Assembly (NCBI GenBank): GCA_951406725.2
Contig: OX597838.1
Span: forward strand, 15,624,001-15,688,000
Reading direction: 5' to 3'
DNA length: 64,000 bases
Origin: Octopus vulgaris
Taxonomy: Eukaryota
The notes under the pieces were generated by a model, which was not told the DNA's origin, did no database searches, and saw only the letters and a list, made by a program, of their open reading frames with translations. Both the position numbers and the translations under genes were made by a program. Position 1 is the stretch's first letter. Each line of letters opens with the position of its first letter. This document shows positions 26,859-40,564 of this stretch, in pieces.

Positions 26859-28035
26859 TGTATATTCACACATATACACAAACGCATACATAATTATTAA
26901 GGTTCTTGTTATTGTTGTATAAGAGGTGCAGAATGAGGGAGGAAAGAAAAAAGACGAGACAGCGTCGCCTTCATCTTTGTTATTGTTGTTGTCACAGAAT
27001 ATAAAACAATAAAACAAAAGAGAGAGAGAGCCGGAGTGGGGGAGAGACAAGAAGGCACCAGTTAAGGGGTTTCACACAGTTCGTCGTCGCTGGTTCGATC
27101 GAACGTGTCGTTGTTGCTTAAACAACGTACCCAAGTAACCCCTATTTTCCTCCGTGTTTGTGTGTGTTTGTGTGTGTGTGTGTGTGTGTGTATTTGTGTG
27201 AAAATTGTAGGGGGGGGGGGGGGGCAAAGAGACAGCGTAAGGGAAACAGAGGCGCCGATGGTAGAGACGGTGACTGCGTTTGTCTGAGTTTAATGTATGT
27301 ACACACAAAACATACATATGCAGTTTCTAAACACACACGCATTTAAAAAAATGCATGAACACACACGCATTCTAATACTCACAAAGGCATGCGTTCACAC
27401 TCACACATACTCACAGATGCAAGCATACACGTAAATACACTCATAAATACATATACGCAAACATAAGTTATACCCATGCTTGCTTACACTCACACACGAA
27501 CAAATACACATCTGTGAGTATATATACACACACATGGCTTTTAAATCTCCCACCCTGCTGTCTTTCCCTCGTCCATCACTATACTGTCTTGCTGCCCACA
27601 ACACCCTCCGCTCGTCTCCGTCTCGCTACAAAACTGTTCTTCCCCGCCCAGTTCTACCCAGATATCCGACATGGAGATGGGCTAGCAATTAACGATAGAG
27701 GTAAAAATATATGTAAATATAGAGGTCTGTCTTCTATCCACCTACCCAACTCACTATTTTCTCCACTCACCCTACTTTAACCATCATAACTGCCTGACAG
27801 CCCCACCTTATACATTGCTTTCACCTAGATACCGCATCATCATTACCCTCAATTGAAAAGGATAGCATTAATACGTGTAGTACATACATGGAAAAGATGT
27901 ATGTACATACATACTTACGTACATATGTATACATGTAAAAATCTAATAGTGTATATATAGTAAATTTCAGCAAGATCTCAGTAAACAGCATCACTACAAA
28001 CACCGCCACATCAGACAGTACAATAACAGTCACTA

Positions 28036-28527
28036 CAACATGTACGCGACGTTCACAACGGCCGCTGCATCATGTACGCGACGTTCGCAACGGCCGCTGG
28101 AACATGTACGCGACGTTTGCAACGGCCGCTGCAACATGTACGCGACGTTTGCAGCGGCCGCCGCAACATGTACGCGACGTTTGCAACGGCCGCTGCAACA
28201 TGTACGCGACGTTTGCAACGGCCGCTGCAACATGTACGCGACGTTTGCAACGGCCGCTGCAACATGTACGCGACGTTTGCAACGGCCGCTGCAACATGTA
28301 CGCGACGTTTGCAACGGCCGCTGCAACATGTACGCGACGTTTGCAACGGCCGCTACAACATGCTCGCGACGTTCGCAACGGCCGCTGCAACATGTGGGCG
28401 ACGTTCGCAACGGCCGCTGCAACATGCTCGCGACGTTCGCAACGGCCGCTGCAACATGTAGGTGTCGTTCGCAACGGCCGCTGCAACATGTAGGTGTCGT
28501 TCGCAACGGCCGCTGCAACATGTACGC
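28036..28527. repeat. 32-bp GC-rich minisatellite, about 15.4 copies
   Basis: Unit CAACATGTACGCGACGTTTGCAACGGCCGCTG with an exact 32-bp period and no spacers. Confidence 0.97.
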
Positions 28528-28583
28528 TGCCCACACACTACTGTGCCCAGTCCTTCTCAGCAGATCGATTAGTGCAGTCCCAC

Positions 28584-28680
28584 CCCACTAGATCGATCAG
28601 AGTGTTGGCTCCCACTAGATCGATCAGAGTTTTGGCTCCCACTAGATCGATCAGAGTGTTGTCCCACTAGATCGATCAGA
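28584..28680. repeat. 27-bp tandem repeat, about 3.7 copies
   Basis: CCCACTAGATCGATCAGAGTGTTGGCT starting at 28584, 28611, 28638 and 28663. Confidence 0.93.
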
Positions 28681-28703
28681 ATGAGATAGAGATAGAGTGT
28701 GAT

Positions 28704-28965
28704 GTGTGTGTATGTATGTGTGGAGTTCGTGTGTGTGTAGTTCGATGTGTGTGTGTGTGTGTGTGTTCGGAGTTCAATGTGTGTGTGTTCGGAGTTCAAT
28801 ATGTGTGTGTGTGTGTTCGGAGTTCAATATGTGTGTGTGTGTGTGTGTGTGTTCGGAGTTCAATGTGTGTGTGGAGTTCGTGTGTGTTCGGAGTGCGTGT
28901 GTGCGTGTATGGAGTGTGTGTGTGTGTGTGTGTGTATAGAATTCGTGTGTGCGTGTGTAGAGTTC

Positions 28966-28997
<32 letters not shown>

Positions 28998-29727
28998 GTG
29001 TGCGTGCGCGCGTGTGGAGTTCGTGTGTATGTGTGTGTGGAGTTCGTGTGTATGTGTGTGCGGAGTTCGTGTGTATGTGTGTGTGTGCGGAGTTCGTGTG
29101 TATGTGTGTGTGTGCGGAGTTCGTGTGTATGTGCGTGTGTGCGGAGTTCGTGTGTATGTGTGGAGTTCGAGTGTATGTATGTGTGTGTGGAGTTCGTGTG
29201 TATGTATGTGTGTGTGTGGAGTTCGTGTGTATGTATGTGTGTGTGGAGTTCGTGTGTATGTATGTGTGTGTGTGTGTGTGGAGTTCGTGTGTATGTATGT
29301 GTGTGTGTGGAGTTCGTGTGTATGTATGTGTGTGTGTGTGTGGAGTTCGTGTGTATGTATGTGTGTGTGTGTGTGTGTGTGAGTTCTTGTGTATGTATGT
29401 GTGTGTGGAGTTCGTGTGTATGTATGTGTGTGTGTGGGTGTGGAGTTCGTGTGTATGTATGTGTGTGTGTGTGGAGTTCGTGTGTATGTATGTGTGTGTG
29501 TGGAGTTCGTGTGTATGTATGTGTGTGTGGAGTTCGTGTGTATGTATGTGTGTGTGGAGTTCGTGTGTATGTATGTGTGTGTGGAGTTCGTGTGTATGTA
29601 TGTGTGTGTGGAGTTCGTGTGTATGTATGTGTGTGTGGAGTTCGTGTGTATGTGTGTGTGGAGTTCGTGTGTATGTATGTGTGTGGAGTTCGTGTGTATG
29701 TATGTGTGTGGAGTTCGAGTGTGTGTA
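28704..29727. repeat. Compound (GT)n satellite punctuated by GGAGTTC, about 35 units
   Basis: GGAGTTCGTGTGTATGTATGTGTGTGT-like units with a period of roughly 23-35 bp. Confidence 0.95.
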
Positions 29728-31771
29728 GTGTATTTGAAACGAGAATAGAAGCGGCTGTTTAGATGCCGCGCTGTGGGATCGAACCCGGTACAGTCGGGTT
29801 ACCAACGCAAACTTTTAAAATCATGGTTATTTTTTTGTTGGCTTTTCCATAAACTTGCACACGCAAAGTGTTTTAGCAAATAAATAAATATATATAAAAT
29901 AAACCACGCTTACACAGTTTCACTCGTCCACCACACCCATTTGCTCTCTCCCTCTCTCTCCCCCACAATCTTTTTTTTAACAATCTTTTTTGGACTTCTT
30001 ATATCGTGATAGTGGATCTGTTGTCGCTTAATACACAAAAAATACAGACAATATTCATCTCTAAAGATATATATTTATGCTATTAAAACAGATAAATAGG
30101 TAATAAAACAAACAAACAAATCATAATAAACATATATATATGTATGTTTATATATAGATATATAACACGTGAGCGACACCAGATAAATATATAATAAATA
30201 TATATAATTTTTTATAATAAGAAAAACAAGGCCAGGGAATTTTCTCGTACATACCATACATTAATATCTATCAGCTAACACACACACCTACATGTGAATT
30301 AGATAATTTATTTTGAGTTTTTCTTTTCTAATTTATCTCAAATAAAGGAAGGAGCTGGTCTAGCAAAGAAACCAAGTTTCTTCGCAAGAATTTAGATGTA
30401 GAAGTGTTTCATTTCTAACTTTGGAAAAATTTTGCATATTTTTATCGTCCCACTTACTGAATGTATTTTATTTATAGAATGTGTACTATTAAATTCGCTC
30501 ATAACTTTCTTTGTTTGGAAACGGTATTTTTTGCTATTTACTAATATGACCAACTACCAAATAATTTTAGAAGTACATAAAGAGGTAAGCTAGAAGAATC
30601 ATTATCACGTCGTTTAATGGCGTTTTGTCTGTCTTGAGTTCAAAATGCCGCCGAGATCGACTGTCTTTCTTCTTTTCGGGTTCAATAAACCAAGTACCAG
30701 TTGAGCACTGGGGTCGATGTATTCGACTTGTCTACTCGCCCGAAACTGTTGGCCAAAATTGTGCCAAAATATGAAATCAATAAATTTTAGACATCCATAA
30801 GACGGCGAGCTGGCAGAGTTGCTATTGCGTTGGGGAAAATGCTTCTTCCGACTTTACGTTCCAAGTTCAAATACCGCCAGGGACGACTTTGCTTTTCATC
30901 TTTTCGGAGTCCATATAATAAGTACCAGTTGAGCACCGGGATCACGTAATCAATTTTTGTGTGTGTGTGTGTGTGTGTGCAATATTTGAACTCAATAAAT
31001 TTATGCGGACAAATATTAAAACTTAATTTTTCGTGTTTGCAGTTGGTAAAAGTTTTGATGGGAGTGTTTCACAATTAGTTCTGGTTTTGATATCTTGTAT
31101 GTTACACTCATTAGACTGCAGCCATGCTGGGGCACCGCTTTGAACTTTTTTAGTTGAATGAGTCGCCCCACTACTATTTTTTTTTAAACCTGGTACTTAT
31201 TCTATCGGTCTGTTTTGCCGAACCACTAATTTACGGGCATGTGCGTGTGTGTGCACGCGTGTATGCGTGTGCGTATTTAAAGACTGCATATATTTTTAGT
31301 ATACAATATCCGCACCAGTTTCTATAAATGGCATCCAAATCTACCTCAAAAACACTCGTCTACAGCTAAAAGAACGAATACCTTCACTACACCCCTCTTA
31401 TATCCCCCACCACTACCACACAACTCCAGCAGTACAGTTACCACTTCCCACCCACATCCATACCATGACGATTGCCACAACTACAATTTTCTCAATAACT
31501 CCCTCTCTACCCCCACCCACCCGACTACCGCAATACCAATACCACCGACTACCGACATCCTCCATTATGTTCTTTTTACAAGAAGTTTAAAATGCAAGGT
31601 TGGAGGGCGACTTTGGTTGCTATTTCTGAAGTGCAACTACGAAGAAGCTATTTTGTTAATGGTCTACTATGAAATATGTGGCGACTGTTTCACACCTACA
31701 TATACGCATACATAGAAAACACCCGTGCATCTGTATTTACTCATACACGTACATACACGCATATATATATA

Positions 31772-31958
31772 TTTCTTTACTACCTACAAGGGGCTAAACA
31801 CAGAGGGGACAAACAAGGAGAGACAAATAGATTAAGTACTTAATTTATCGACCCCGAAAGGATGAAAGGCAAAGTCGACCTCGGCGGAATTTGAACCCAG
31901 ACGAAATATGGCTACGCATTTCGCCCGGCGTGCTAACGTTTCTGCCAGCTCGCCGCCT
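31772..31958 (-). mobile_element. tRNA-derived SINE family B copy
   Basis: AAGGCGGCGAGCTGGCAGAA head, G(A/G)GTTCAAATTCC B-box, GACTTTGCCTTTCATCCTTTCGGGGTCGATAAA core. Tandem clusters at about 2025-3480, 11050-11770, 13527-13940, 17210-17660, 25197-25545, 30580-30950 and 46830-47410. Confidence 0.85.
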
Positions 31959-32844
31959 TATATATATATCTTTATATATATACTCACCTATATATATTAT
32001 ATATACATACACTATATATGTATACACACACGCGCGCACGTGCATACACACATGTGCATGCACACACATACAGACAGACACGTATACACATACATACGTT
32101 ATACACACATGTAAACGCACACATACACACACACACATACTCACGCGCACACGTATGTAGATATGCGTGTGCGTGTGTTTATATATATATATATATATAC
32201 GTGTGAGAGGTTTCCATACAGTTTACACCAATCAAATTCACCATCGAGGCATTAATCGACCCAAGGCCGTAGCTGAAAGATACTTGCCCAAGGTGGCGTA
32301 CTGCAATGGAATGAATGATCGAACCCAAAACCACTTGTTTTTGAGATGTGAACTTGCTAACCACTTAACCGCACAGTCACATATAATCATGACCGCGCTT
32401 ACTCGCACGTATAACGAACACATCCGCGCGCGAGCGCGCGCACACACACACACACAAAACCCCCACCTCCACCACTACCACAATTTTCAGGAAATCATTA
32501 GTAAATTGCCCTTAATTATAGTCATTGTTTTGTTCTTTATACAATCAAATCCTGTTAACCTCATTGGCCCCTTTCTACCACTCCTCCTCAACCACTTGTA
32601 CGTTGCTTTTATATATATATACAACCATCTGCACGCGCGCCCGTTGTAATGTTAGTGCTTGTACTAAAAGTGATTGTAGTAGTGGTAGTGGTAAAGTGAA
32701 GGTTGCGATAGTGGTGGTTGCAGTGGTTATACCTATAGTAGTAGTAGTAGTTGTTACGCCTTGGTCAGCGCCTTCGACGAGCAGACCAACAAGCTATAGC
32801 CAGTCTCGTTGCAGATATTCAGAATGGTGGATCACCATGTATAC

Positions 32845-33241
32845 TCTTTTACTTGTTTCAGTCATTTGACTGCGGCCATGCTGGAGCACCGCCTTTAGCC
32901 GAGCAAATCGACCCCTGGACTTATACTTTGTAAGCCCAGTACTTATTCTATCGGTCTCTTTTGCCGAACCGCTAAGTGACGGGGACGTAAACACACCAGC
33001 ATCGGTTGTCAAGCAATGCTAGGGGGACAAACACAGACACACAAACACATACACGCACACACACATATATATACATATATACGACAGGCTTCTTTTAGTT
33101 TCCGTCTACCAAATCCACTCACAAGGCATTGGTCGGCCCGGGGCTATAGCAGAAGACACTTGCCCAAGATGCCACGCAGTGGGACTGAACCCGGAACCAT
33201 GTGGTTGGTTAGCAAGCTACTTACCACACAGCCACTCCTGC
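32845..33241 (-). mobile_element. SINE family A copy
   Basis: Reverse complement of 48198-48598 at high identity. Confidence 0.9.
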
Positions 33242-34711
33242 ACCTTGCTCTTTTTTTCTTTTCGACGATAAGGTATGTTTTGAGGGGGGATTTAACTACT
33301 GTTCCTAGTCGGCCGGACGACCTCGAGAAGTTCTTTATTGGTTGCTTCTATTTCCGATTATTTAATAAGGAAACTGGTTGACTTGTACACATACATATTG
33401 TCACATATCACAATTTTTTTCGAAATTTCAAGTTTCACTTTGTAGATATATGTGATGTGTGTCATTAAATTCCGATATTATCGTAATCTACCCCATCTCA
33501 AAAGTATTTGTAGAAAATTTCATCAAAAAAATTACATTCTTCTGAAAGTTATGAGAAAACAAAGCTGGCGCGTGTGAATTTTCAGAAGCTCTTCCCGACC
33601 CCCATGGAAAATATTTTCACAATAAATTCCCATATAATCGGAATCTACACCATCTCATGCGTATTTATAGGAAATTTCATTCAAAGGTTTCCGTTTTCTG
33701 GGAGTTAAGAGAAAAAGTTGGCGAGGAGGGGGCACACTTGTGTAGGTATGCCTAAAATGACAAGACAATGTAAAATTTTCGAAATAAAGATGGTGTGGTC
33801 GTGGATGGAACGTCTTTCGTCAGAAGTCTACTCGATCATAGTTGTCTAAACGTTAAACAAGAACAAAAACCGCGACTGTAATGGCGAGGAAGCCTTACGT
33901 GGTCGCTCATTATACTAGAAACAGCAGTCAAATCATACCGTACTGCATGATGAAATGGGACAGAATGGTCTCGGCTGGAAAGCTACTCGATCGGAGTTGG
34001 CATTGGCTAAATAACTTCAGCAAATATAAACGGATGCTTAAGATAATGAATAGGACAGTCATAGCGGGAAGATCATAAATCATATCTACTTTATGACTGA
34101 CCAGGGGCTAAACATCAACAACAAAAATAACAGCGACACCAGTAACAAGAACAAACACGTGTCAAAACGTTGACCCAAATTTAAAAATTGTCAAAGAACT
34201 TGTTTTCTTGCGTCACAGTATATTCCCGGATATGTTGACAGTTAACAGGTACATAGCAGGTAGCTCTGCCTCCTCCATACGACACAACTCGCTACAGTAC
34301 ACTATATTATATACAACACTTCACCACAATACACTACATTATATCACACTATACGACTCCCTACTAATACAAGAGCCGACGTGGGAGCTTTTGTACGTAG
34401 TCGCTCGACTTTGCTTTAAAATGAGCGATCACATCCGAACACCTGTAAAAGAAATGCAGGGTCACAACGGGTATACCGTAAGCCTAAAGGCAATGCGTAC
34501 GAGGCAAAACAAAACAACAAAAAATATTCCCTCAAAACCCAGAATGGTCATAGATTCATTTGGCCCATCTGATCAAGGATTATACAATTACAATATTTTC
34601 TTGCATTAAAGTACACTGGCATCTACTAAAGAATACCATCATATACTAGAGTACACTAAATTACTACACTATAAAGCATGCTGCTATAGACTAAAGTACG
34701 TTGCTTTAAAG

Positions 34712-35034
34712 CAGTGTTTCTCAACCGGGAGTCCAAGTGACCCCTGGAGGGGGGGGGTTCAACGCAATCAAAACAGTAAATTAGGAATCCACAGTAGTAT
34801 TTCAAGGGTCCATGGAAAAATGTTACTTAGTGTGTATTTATTGCAAGAAACAGGTTTCTTTCTCAAATGTTTTACATAGTTCGACCTACTAAAGTGATTG
34901 CTTGATGAACAAATAGGAATTTTGAAAGAAGTATCTATACAACTAGTTTATAAACATTGAATGGTATAGGGGTCCACCAGAATAAAATAGTAATGAAAGG
35001 GGTCCTTAGATACAAAAATGGTTGAGAACTATTG
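34712..35034. mobile_element. hAT-like MITE
   Basis: CAGTGTTTCTCAACC...GGTTGAGAACTATTG termini, TSD ctttaaag/ctctaaag. Confidence 0.7.
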
Positions 35035-38000
35035 CTCTAAAGTATTTTGCTTTGCGTTAAAGTACACTAATACATTAAAGTACATTGGCCTTATGCTAAA
35101 AGTACACTGCACTACACAAAGTACTTACAGTAACGTACATTTGTTTACGCAAAGGTACCCTGCCTTACACTGTCATGTAATAAGTGATACTACACTAAAG
35201 TACGCTACCTTGCATTTCGCTGCATTCACACCCGAAGTCCACAAGCCAAGCTGACATTGATTTCAAATTGTTACACAAGGCTAGCAAGTTCGAGGGAGTG
35301 GGTAAGTCGATTACACTGAACCCAGTGCTCAACTGGACCCCGAAAGGATGAAAGGCAAAGCTGACCTCGGAACATAAAGACGGACTTTTCGTCTAAGCTT
35401 TTTTCCCGGCGTGCTAACGATTCTGTTAGCTCGCCACCTCAGCCAGGCTGATATTTAAAAAAAAACAACTTCTATAAACTACTGTTGTTTATTAGCTCGT
35501 GGTCGGATTTGATCTTAGAAAACATTTAAGACGTGACCATCCCGTCGATTTCTTTTTGTTCTGTCAATTCAAATAGCTTGGACTTCCATCAGTATTGTTG
35601 TTTAACCATAGGTCAGCTTCTGGTCCAGGAAACTTGCAATCGAAGGCAACATTCAGACCATCTTTTTTTTTTACTTAGCACAATATCTAGGGGTTATATG
35701 CCCTTCCTTTTTAAAATGTGAGCATGATTTGACAGCTATTACTAGCAGACCGAACAACCATATAGAATTTCCACGTTTTACCTTTGGTTTTGCCCAAGTC
35801 AATCCTGCTTGTCCACAGGCTTATTATCAAATGCATTCCAACCACGCCATCCAACCTTTCTATAAGCTTCAAGACTATTACAATATATAACATGTCCTTC
35901 TTTTCAAGGTGGTAGAAGTCGATATATGAGAAATTCAGCAGTTATTTTAAGTAAATAGAGAGATCTTAGAGGTAACTTAGTTAGATCGAACATGAGCCAG
36001 TTGTTTATAACCCCAGGTCAGCAATAATCGAGCAGAAATGATCAATGATAGACATACCTCCACATCAATGATATTACCGTCATGGCTTCTTCGTTTTTTA
36101 GACGGTAAAATGTGGTTTGAGAGTGTTTAACTGCTATTCCCAGCAGATCGCACATCCACGAATAGGTTTTCTTGATGGATCGTCCGAAAGCCACTTGTTG
36201 TTTAGCCAAGGGTCAAAACTGACCGAGCTGACGACCCTAAGATCAAAGGTGTTGCAGTTATGACCAATTCGTCGTTTAGGTTCTAATATGCTCTCTTATT
36301 TAAGACAACAGCGTTTGGTTTTTGAGGAGACTAGGTTGCTATTTCTAGAAAAAACAAATCAGCAGAATTCGTCTGTGTATCTTTTCAAACTGTCGATAAT
36401 GAATGAAGTCGCAGAGACTACTAACAGACAATTCCATTGGCTAAAGCACCAGCCAATAGAATTATTTAGCACATGTTTTAAATGAGCAGCGATAATGAAT
36501 TATTAATCTGGAATGATTAAGACACAGAAGACTGACATTAACACAAAATGTTTTGTTATTTAGCTGAATGTCATCAGGTTTAATCGGGCTTATAAACCAG
36601 AGTTTTAACCCTGACCATCATACCTGGTTTTATTTTCAAATGAGGCGAATTGGCAAAGTTGTCAAGTGCGTCGGATAGAATCCTTTGCGATATTCGTTTC
36701 GGCTCTGTTCTCCTAGCTCAAATCCTGCCGAGATCAACTTTATTTTACATTCTTTCAGGAGTCGATAAATAAAGTACCAGTTCTATACTTGAATCAATTC
36801 TTGCTTGCTCACTCTCTAAGAAGAAGCCAGTGGTGTTCAGATCTAGAGGGCTCCGCCAGGTTTTAACATGCTTAAAGCGCACAGCATGTCACGAGTCCCG
36901 AAGACCATATCGTGGCCCCAAGGAAAGAAAGATCAAGAACTATCATCAATCTCCTCATTTCCTCTCTGACAAATGCAATAAGCGTTGTTATTAGGCGAGC
37001 GGGGTAACGGTCACAGAATCCGTAGGAGAACTTGGGGTGTAGGGGTCGCGGATATTTGGGACTGTAAGGAATGTAGGAGGTCTGGGGTTATGCAGAGACT
37101 AATGTGTGACGAGGGAGCCAAGAATCACGTAGATATTGTTGCGTGAGGTAAAGGGATAAGGACCGCGTTAAGTACCGTAGTGGGGGGACGAGGGAGCCAG
37201 GGATCACGTAAGGATTGTTGTGTGGGATCAGAGACACTATGTAGGCAGATCTTGCATAAAGAATGTTGGCATGTCAGAATTAGTAGAAATGCCAGAACGA
37301 GATGAACAGGTTGTAGCATTTAATCTTAAGGTTGATAAAATATGTTGAGACTCATAGAACCAAGTAGGGGGTAGTTTTAAGCGGTCGTTTAAGCTAAAAA
37401 TAGCAGCTAATGTCAAAGTATACACTTTGGGCGTAGGTCCTCAATTTTTGAGACCTTATGTTGCCAAGCCTATACGCTGTATTGAATCTAGTTGTGGGGT
37501 TTAACCTGAAGAAAACGGAAATTTCAATCTTGGAAGACGGTGCGGGGTCTTAATTGTTGGGCTGTGCTTAAGGTTATCAGTTGGACTTAATCTAGTCCCG
37601 TGTAAATGTCTATACATGAGCCAACTGTGGAATCTCTATGAGGTTGCGTCACTTGTTAGAATTAACAGCAGAATATTCTGCAAAATTGCATCCTTCTGTT
37701 TTTAAAGACGAAGGGATGAGCGTGTATTTCCAAAAAAATGTCCGATATCCCTACCTAGAAACAATAAATAAAAACCCCTATGCATTATGACTAATTGTAT
37801 ATGAATAAATGAACGATAAACAAATAGAAAAGATTCACACGAGCCGGCTTTTTTTCCCCTATAACTTTCAGAAAAAAGGTAATTTTTTTTAATTGAAATT
37901 TTTTACAAATACCTTTCAAATGGTGTAGATTATGATTAAACAGTAATTTGATATGAAAAAAAAAAAAAAAATGGAGCTGGCACACATACTGACATGCATC

Positions 38001-38441
38001 GATAAAATGTAACTTGAAAAAAATTTGTGATGTTTATTAGTATGTGCCCTCCATTTTTTCCACAAATTATGATATAATCGTAATGTACACATTCTGAAAG
38101 GCATTTGTAGAAAATTTCGTTTAAAAATACCAATTTTTCTGAAAGTTATGAAGAAACAAAACCAACACGTGTGAATTTTCCGAAACTCCTCTCCTCACAC
38201 ATCAGAAAAGAAAAAAAAACTTTCACTACAAATTCCGATACAGTTGGAATCTACACAATCTGAAGTGAATTTGTAGAAAATTTCCTTTAAAAAGATCCAT
38301 TTCCAAAAGTTATGAGGAAACGATTTCGAGTGAGGTGGGGTTGAGGACACTCGTGGAGGTGTGCCTAAGGACGACAAATACATATATACAGACTAGCAGA
38401 GAAAGAGATCCAGTAGAAAAAAAAAAAAACGCGCAAACACA

Positions 38442-38501
<60 letters not shown>

Positions 38502-38610
38502 ATTTTTTTTTTGTGCCAATTGCATTTTGTGAACCCAGAGAATACCAAGATCAGAGAGCGAGAGGCATGGGTAATTAAATAGCGACCGGTTACATAGCAA
38601 AGATGTACAA

Positions 38611-38646
<36 letters not shown>

Positions 38647-38959
38647 GATAAAGATGCAAGTAGAAGGATTGAAAAAAAAAATACAAATGAATATCTATCT
38701 GTAGTAGCAGAGATATACAACCAATTATAAAATGTTGGATTGAATGACAGAAAAATATAAAACAGAATGACAGTGAGAACGAAGGATGTAAACAAGCTAA
38801 CATTGCACGCACACAGCGGCTGGCATGAAGAGTAATATAGGACCCCAAAGCAATGCACTGGGGGCCCTACATACACACTAAACTACAGCATACAGAGGGC
38901 CACTTAGTACCGTGAGCTATTTGGACAATCTGCCCGATGTGTCTATACCTCAATACAGC

Positions 38960-39012
<53 letters not shown>

Positions 39013-39014
39013 TA

Positions 39015-39192
39015 GGCGCAGGTGGGACTGTGTGGTAAGAAGCTTGCTTCCCAACCACATGGTTCCGGGTTCAGTCCCATTGCTTGGCACCTTGGGCAAG
39101 TGTCTTCTACTATAGCATCGGGCCGAGCTAAGCCTTGTGAGTGGATTTGGTAAACGAAAACTGTAAAAAGCCCGTTGTAATATGTGTATGTA

Positions 39193-39242
<50 letters not shown>

Positions 39243-39447
39243 TGTGTGTGTGTCTCTTTGTGCCCTTGTTTGACCCCACCACCACCACTTGACAACTAGT
39301 GTTGGTGTGCTTACGCCCCCGTAACTTAGAGGAGGAAAGAATAAGCGCTACGCTTAAAAAAAAAAAAAAAATCCTGGGGTCGATTTGTTCATATAAAACA
39401 TTTCAAGGCGGTGCCCCAGCATGGCCGCAGTTAAATGACTGAAACAA
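39015..39447 (+). mobile_element. SINE family A copy
   Basis: Same head, body and tail as 48198-48598. Confidence 0.85.
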
Positions 39448-40329
39448 AATACTATATATACATACAGCGAGGGAGAGAGAGAGTGAGAAAGAGAGAAAAA
39501 GGAGAGAGATAGAGTGAAAGAGGGATAGAAAGAAGAGGGGAAAAGAGATGGAGAAAAAGAAAGAGGTAGAGAGATAGAAATAAAGAGTGAGAGAAAGAAA
39601 GAGAAAGAGAGATTTGGAAAAATAAAACTGCGTTAAAAAAATCGTCGAATACCACAACAAAAAAAAATTAACAGCAGCAGCAGCAGCCAGAGGCGTAGCG
39701 TGGGTTTTGGCACCCTTCTGTGGTGCCCCACCCCAACCGGCATTACGCTACTGACAACACCCAAGGGGGTATCCTCACTACATGGTCGCTCGAACTTTTA
39801 GCCTTTAATCAGGAAGTGCAATACCTACAAATCTTTAACAGAACCTCCAAGAATGATAGGGAAAAAATAGAGAGAGAGGGTGGAGGGAGGAAGCCAAACC
39901 GGAGATCGGATTCGAAAGTTTGTCACATTGGAAATCGCTATTCCAGGTAGTGGCATCGCACTGGGCGGGAATTGAACTCAGAAGTAAGGAGCTGGAATAA
40001 ATACTGTCGTGTCTTTGTCCGACAATTTTTTGACACATGCACAGACTTGCAGAAATTTCGGCAAAGTGGTTGGTCGATTAAATTGCTCCAGTTTTTGACT
40101 GGTGCTTCGACCCCAAGTATTAGGGGTCAAAAGTCGACCACAGCAAAACAGAGCTGTGGTTAATACCATAAAGTATTAGGTTTGACAATAACGTTTCGGT
40201 AAGGTAAGCCACCCCAAGGAAGAACATAACACGATTAAAATGAAAATAAAAAAGGCATATTCCCCAGCATGACCACGTACCGCTGGTTGTCATTAATAAT
40301 ATTTTATATTGTAGGGTACAAGACCTGGA

Positions 40330-40516
40330 AATTGAGGGGAGAGGGATAGTCGATTACATCGAACCCCAGTGCTTGAATGGTACTTAATTTAGCGACCCCG
40401 AAAGGATGAAAGGCAAAGTCGACTTCGGCGAAATTTGAACTCAGAATATAAAGACGGACGAAATACCGCTAAGCATTTTACCCATCGAGCTAACGGTTCT
40501 GCCAGTTCGTCGCCTT
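40330..40516 (-). mobile_element. SINE family B copy immediately downstream of CYP exon 1
   Basis: Matches family B consensus. Another copy lies at 50060-50232. Confidence 0.85.
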
Positions 40517-40564
40517 CTTACTACTCGTTGTAATAAATAAAAGATAAGAAATTGTAAATTTTAC

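Noticed and set aside
28036-28527. CRISPR-like array (32-bp palindromic repeats)
   Set aside because: Units abut with no unique spacers, there are no cas genes, and the context is eukaryotic.
28033-29805. Long ORFs of 129-352 aa on both strands
   Set aside because: They are translations of stop-free tandem repeats, with no splice or homology support.
33016-33381. Recurrent ORFs with RLPNPLTR..SARGYSRRHLPK.PRSGTEPGTMWL as a gene family
   Set aside because: They are antisense translations of SINE family A.
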